The position numbers were made by a program, and so were the translations under genes. Positions 41,894-45,180 of a stretch of 45,180 nucleotides of DNA are shown piece after piece (the stretch's first letter is position 1; the number at the start of each line of letters is the position of its first letter). The notes below the pieces were generated by a model. The model did no database searches. It was not told where the DNA came from and saw nothing but the letters and a program-made list of their open reading frames with translations. The stretch spans positions 1-45,180 of the IMG/VR virus record IMGVR_UViG_3300045988_132224; one strand, 5' to 3'. The DNA is from a virus.

Positions 41894-42376
41894 TTAGAAC
41901 GCCCCCTGTGTGTAAGTGGGACGCTGTGCCGGCTGACTCTGCGGCTGTGAAGCCTTAGGAGCTGCCGTCTTGTCGTAGAAGCGTTTCACATCGTTGTAGT
42001 CTTTCCCGTTGTATTTGCGGACGCTGACTTGCATACGGCCTGTGGCTCCGATGAGCTGATTCCAGGCAATTCGGAAATGGCCATCGCCACGCTGCATCAT
42101 ACCGACAGCGCAGGCGAAGTTCGTCAGCTGCCATTCGCTTTTAGAGTGCAGGAAGAGATTCTGGCGGATGCGCCCTTTCGTACCGTCCGGCGTCTGCACT
42201 TCATAAGTCAGCTTGGCCATCGGGCAAGGCGGCATCTTGTCGCTGCCGTCGAAGTGGGCCCGTTCAAAATCAACGATCGTAAAATCATAGTCACCGGGAG
42301 GGACGATTTGAAACGAGTCCTCCACTTCGGTGAATTCATCATCCCAACTAAATGCGCGTTCTTCTGTCATTGTCAT
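41894..42376 (-). CDS. DUF669-like protein (putative ssDNA-binding accessory)
   Basis: FSWDDEF...PPGDYDFTIVDFE motif. Lies adjacent to the Sak4-like ATPase. Confidence 0.6.
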   Translation of the reverse strand: MTMTEERAFSWDDEFTEVEDSFQIVPPGDYDFTIVDFERAHFDGSDKMPPCPMAKLTYEVQTPDGTKGRIRQNLFLHSKSEWQLTNFACAVGMMQRGDGHFRIAWNQLIGATGRMQVSVRKYNGKDYNDVKRFYDKTAAPKASQPQSQPAQRPTYTQGAF

Positions 42377-42394
42377 TACCTCCTAATCAAAACA

Positions 42395-43453
42395 TTAAAA
42401 CGGAACTTTCTTTAACTGATTGATGACCTGCAGCATCTGCGGAAAAGCCGCTACCAGGCATCCCATGACGAAGTCTTCCGGATAATCTGCAATCGGCATG
42501 TCTGCCGGGAAATAACCTTTGTACGCTACGGCCTGTTGAATATCCTGGGCTGTAACGTTATTGGCGGCCATGAGGTCCGACAGGGCCTGGGGAATGTCTT
42601 CTTTGTTCGCCTGGACGTCGGATTGTTCGGCTTCTGCTCGAACAGGTGGCTGCGGCGATTCTTTTGGCGGATCCGGTGCATTGGGAGCTGGTTCCGGTTC
42701 AGCAGGCGTTGGCTGCGGGGGCACTTGGTTCATGACCGGGATGCAGTTGGCGATTTCCTGGTAATCAAAGGGCAGTTCTTCGGCCAGGCCGTGCCGGTTC
42801 TTGGCATCCCAGCACGGGTTGTGTGCAGTGTACATGACCCGCTTGCCGCCGCTGACTTTCTTCTTGTTGTCCTTCGTCGTGATGACGACTTCCTTGTAAT
42901 TCACGAAGAGAACCATGTCCGCCCATTCTTTGGCCAGGGCGGCGCACTGGTTGCCGGCCTTTTGCCCCAGTTTCAGCTCATACCGATCGTAGGCCCCCGT
43001 TTCTTCTGGAAGCTCGAACTTGCGGATGATACTGTGAGCCGTCAGGACGACATTCATGCCGGCGTCGATTAGATCCGACAGGCTTTCTAAGAGCCGACCG
43101 AATTCTTCCTTGACGTAGGTGTAGCCCTTGCCATACCCAAAATCTTCAATGCCTACCTTCCCATTTGACTGGCAGATAGCTTCTTCACAGAGCCGTTCAG
43201 CCCAGTCCGCCGTATCGATGACCAGGGTGTGGTAGCCCATCGTATCGCCTTTAAGGTCTTTAATGTACTGCCTGAGCATCTGCCAGGACGTCGGCCTGGG
43301 CAGGCGGTCTACTTCAAGGTGCGACGTGCTGCCTTCGGTGTCGATGAATAGGGGCTTGGGGAACTGCGCAGCAAACGTTGATTTGCCGATACCTTCCGGG
43401 CCGTAGATGACGACTTTCTGGGGCTTTATGATTTTCCCTGAGATGATCTTCAT
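42395..43453 (-). CDS. Sak4-like RecA-fold ATPase (AAA_24)
   Basis: Walker A IYGPEGIGKST and TLVIDTADW block. The C-terminal half is Pro/Glu-rich. Confidence 0.7.
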   Translation of the reverse strand: MKIISGKIIKPQKVVIYGPEGIGKSTFAAQFPKPLFIDTEGSTSHLEVDRLPRPTSWQMLRQYIKDLKGDTMGYHTLVIDTADWAERLCEEAICQSNGKVGIEDFGYGKGYTYVKEEFGRLLESLSDLIDAGMNVVLTAHSIIRKFELPEETGAYDRYELKLGQKAGNQCAALAKEWADMVLFVNYKEVVITTKDNKKKVSGGKRVMYTAHNPCWDAKNRHGLAEELPFDYQEIANCIPVMNQVPPQPTPAEPEPAPNAPDPPKESPQPPVRAEAEQSDVQANKEDIPQALSDLMAANNVTAQDIQQAVAYKGYFPADMPIADYPEDFVMGCLVAAFPQMLQVINQLKKVPF

Positions 43454-43466
43454 GATTTACTCCTTT

Positions 43467-44798
43467 CTAAAACGTGCCGGGTGTCCATTTCGGCATTTCT
43501 GCTTTCGGTGCCGACTGCGGGACTTCTTGCGGGCAATCTTCTTTGATGTATCCATCTTCGATGATGATACTGCAGGTGTCGTCGGTCCCGACGCGGGTAG
43601 CGATGACCTGCAATCCTTCCCCTTCCAGCCATTTGCCGAAGGCGGCCAGCGTTTCCGGGTCCATCTGCTCTAACTTATCCATGAGGACAAAACCGCAGTC
43701 CGGGTTGAGTTTGCGGACGATGGCCGTAGCCACCTGCAGTTGTTCTGCGCCGCTCATGCAGTCCCACTTCTGACCGTTATACGTCAGCTCTCCATCCTGA
43801 ACCGACAGCCCTGGCAGGGGCATGTCTGCCGAATCCAACAGTTTCATCCGCTGTTCTTTCACGGATTCAATCTGCTGAGTCAGGTCGCCATATTGGCCGG
43901 CCAGCTCATCGGCTTCGGCCTGGACCCGGTTCTTTTCGGCATTCGCCCGGACCTTGGTATTGATGGCGTCAATGTTGGCGATATCCTGTTCCAGTTCGGC
44001 CGTGCTTTCATCCTGCCAGTTCGCTGAAGCCGTTTCAGCGCTGTTGATGTCAGCCGTGACGGCGGTACGTTCATTGATAAGCGCTTTCTTCTTGGCTGCC
44101 AGTTCATCCATTTTTTCATCAATCTCATCCAGTTCAACATCAATGCAGGTCTGCTGATCTTTTAAACTTTCCAGCATATCCCGCTTGCGCTGGTTGTCGG
44201 CATTCTTGGCCAGGATGGCCTGCTGACGCTTGATGAGGTCAGACGCGCTGACCGGTTCTGCCGGCGCATCGGGATACCAGACCAGTTCTTCCGCGTGTTT
44301 CTTCTTGCGGTCGGCAATACGGCCGACTTCCAAGCGCTGGTTATACAGCGACTTTTCCTGACGGTCTAAAACGGCCAGCTGGTCGCCGACGCCGATGATC
44401 TGCAACAGTGTTTCTGCCTTTTCATCGTTCCGGGCTTCCATGAATTTCGGAAGGTTCAGGGCCAGCTTTTCAATGAAGCTGTCTAAGAGCTGCTGGCCGG
44501 CTTTCTGCCCCGACGGGTCGATGACATGAAGTGCAGATGATTTGCCTTTGCGTTCCACTACCAGGCCGTTACTGAGTTCGATGTGGATAGACGGCGGAGC
44601 CGCACTGCCGATGCGCTGTGATTCGGACGGCTTGAGCTTGTTGCCGCCCAGTGCCCAGGCGATGGCATCCAATACAGAAGTCTTGCCCTGGCCATTCCGG
44701 CCGCCGATGACGGTCAACCCGTTTTCTGTCGGCGTCAGCGTAACGGCTTTGACGCGCTTCACATTTTCAATTTCCAGTTGTCTGATTTTTACTGACAT
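43467..44798 (-). CDS. SMC/RecF/SbcC-like coiled-coil ATPase
   Basis: Walker A GGRNGQGKTS at the N-terminus, a long coiled coil, and a Walker B-like FVLMDKLE at the C-terminus. The ATG at 44798 follows AAAGGA. Confidence 0.7.
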   Translation of the reverse strand: MSVKIRQLEIENVKRVKAVTLTPTENGLTVIGGRNGQGKTSVLDAIAWALGGNKLKPSESQRIGSAAPPSIHIELSNGLVVERKGKSSALHVIDPSGQKAGQQLLDSFIEKLALNLPKFMEARNDEKAETLLQIIGVGDQLAVLDRQEKSLYNQRLEVGRIADRKKKHAEELVWYPDAPAEPVSASDLIKRQQAILAKNADNQRKRDMLESLKDQQTCIDVELDEIDEKMDELAAKKKALINERTAVTADINSAETASANWQDESTAELEQDIANIDAINTKVRANAEKNRVQAEADELAGQYGDLTQQIESVKEQRMKLLDSADMPLPGLSVQDGELTYNGQKWDCMSGAEQLQVATAIVRKLNPDCGFVLMDKLEQMDPETLAAFGKWLEGEGLQVIATRVGTDDTCSIIIEDGYIKEDCPQEVPQSAPKAEMPKWTPGTF

Positions 44799-44829
44799 AT
44801 ATCTCATCCTTTCTATGGTATAATCACAC

Positions 44830-44985
44830 TCATGCGGTAATTATCATCACATTCTCTCTGATTTCCTTAAGAGTATCAGGGTTTATTGTCGCTGCAGAAC
44901 TATGCATTGCATCCTGTATTAAAAATAATGTCAGTTCTTCAAATGCATGGATAATTTTTTCTTTATTCTGATTTTGCAGTTCCAT
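44830..44985 (-). CDS. 51-aa hypothetical protein (first gene of the replication operon)
   Basis: Hand translation MELQNQNKEKIIHAFEELTLFLIQDAMHSSAATINPDTLKEIRENVMIITA*. SD GGAGG precedes the ATG at 44985. Confidence 0.45.
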   Translation of the reverse strand: MELQNQNKEKIIHAFEELTLFLIQDAMHSSAATINPDTLKEIRENVMIITA

Positions 44986-44999
44986 AAGTTACCTCCATC

Positions 45000-45071
45000 T
45001 GGTATAATAAACTTGAGTATTTTGGTATGTGGCTGTTGTCGGCGGTTGCCGGCAGCAGCCAATTTTTTTTT
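45000..45071 (+). ncRNA. Candidate ~55-nt small RNA: extended -10 promoter followed by an intrinsic terminator
   Basis: TGgTATAAT at 45000-45008. A 13-bp stem ggctgttgtcggc / gccggcagcagcc (perfect with two G-U pairs on the plus-strand RNA) lies at 45031-45060, followed by aa-T9. Confidence 0.35.
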
Positions 45072-45180
45072 AGTAGCGGATAACCAGTTGCTGTCCCGGC
45101 TTCAATGTCGGATCCGGACCCAAATCATTATTGATTTGGATTTCATAAATCACTTCGCGGATGTCTTGCCCGCTCCGATC
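45062..45180. repeat. Second copy of the terminal 119-bp repeat
   Basis: Identical to bases 1-119. Confidence 0.95.

Noticed and set aside
42536-43072. 178-aa plus-strand ORF inside the Sak4-like gene, with similar plus-strand ORFs across 38.4-44.8 kb
   Set aside because: These are shadows of GC-rich minus-strand genes that have Walker motifs. They show Arg/Gly-rich noise composition and lack translation signals.

Overview
The window is one complete, circularly closed temperate phage or prophage genome. The unit length is 45,061 bp, and bases 1-119 repeat exactly at 45062-45180. It is a contractile-tailed phage with Bacillota-type gene content (PBSX/Xkd-like tail and lysis genes). Almost everything is on the minus strand. 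Reading leftward from the cro-like gene, the order is: two Bro/KilAC antirepressors, an HTH protein, a YneA-like LysM protein, a replication/recombination module, an ArpU/RinA-like late activator, three tRNAs, terminase/portal/MuF, capsid, neck, sheath/tube, a chaperone with a -1 frameshift, the tape measure, the baseplate, the tail fibre, and XhlA/holin/amidase. The plus strand carries the lysogeny module (S24-type CI repressor, cargo genes, tyrosine integrase, putative attP), a second tyrosine recombinase, and two AT-rich membrane-protein morons with their own promoters. The strongest discovery candidate is a shufflon-like multi-inversion array at 12878-13692. It has four ACAGTGGGGA sites and three silent in-frame C-terminal cassettes for the tail fibre, and it lies next to the extra tyrosine recombinase. 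Four other candidate systems stand out. A two-gene cargo operon is co-transcribed with the repressor. An orphan oversized MazF/PemK-fold protein sits behind a truncated repressor remnant. A consensus-promoter unit encodes two tiny hydrophobic peptides plus an HTH protein next to attP. A MuF-associated RNase-toxin-like island sits inside the head operon. All functional calls come from reading motifs by eye; no database search was possible.
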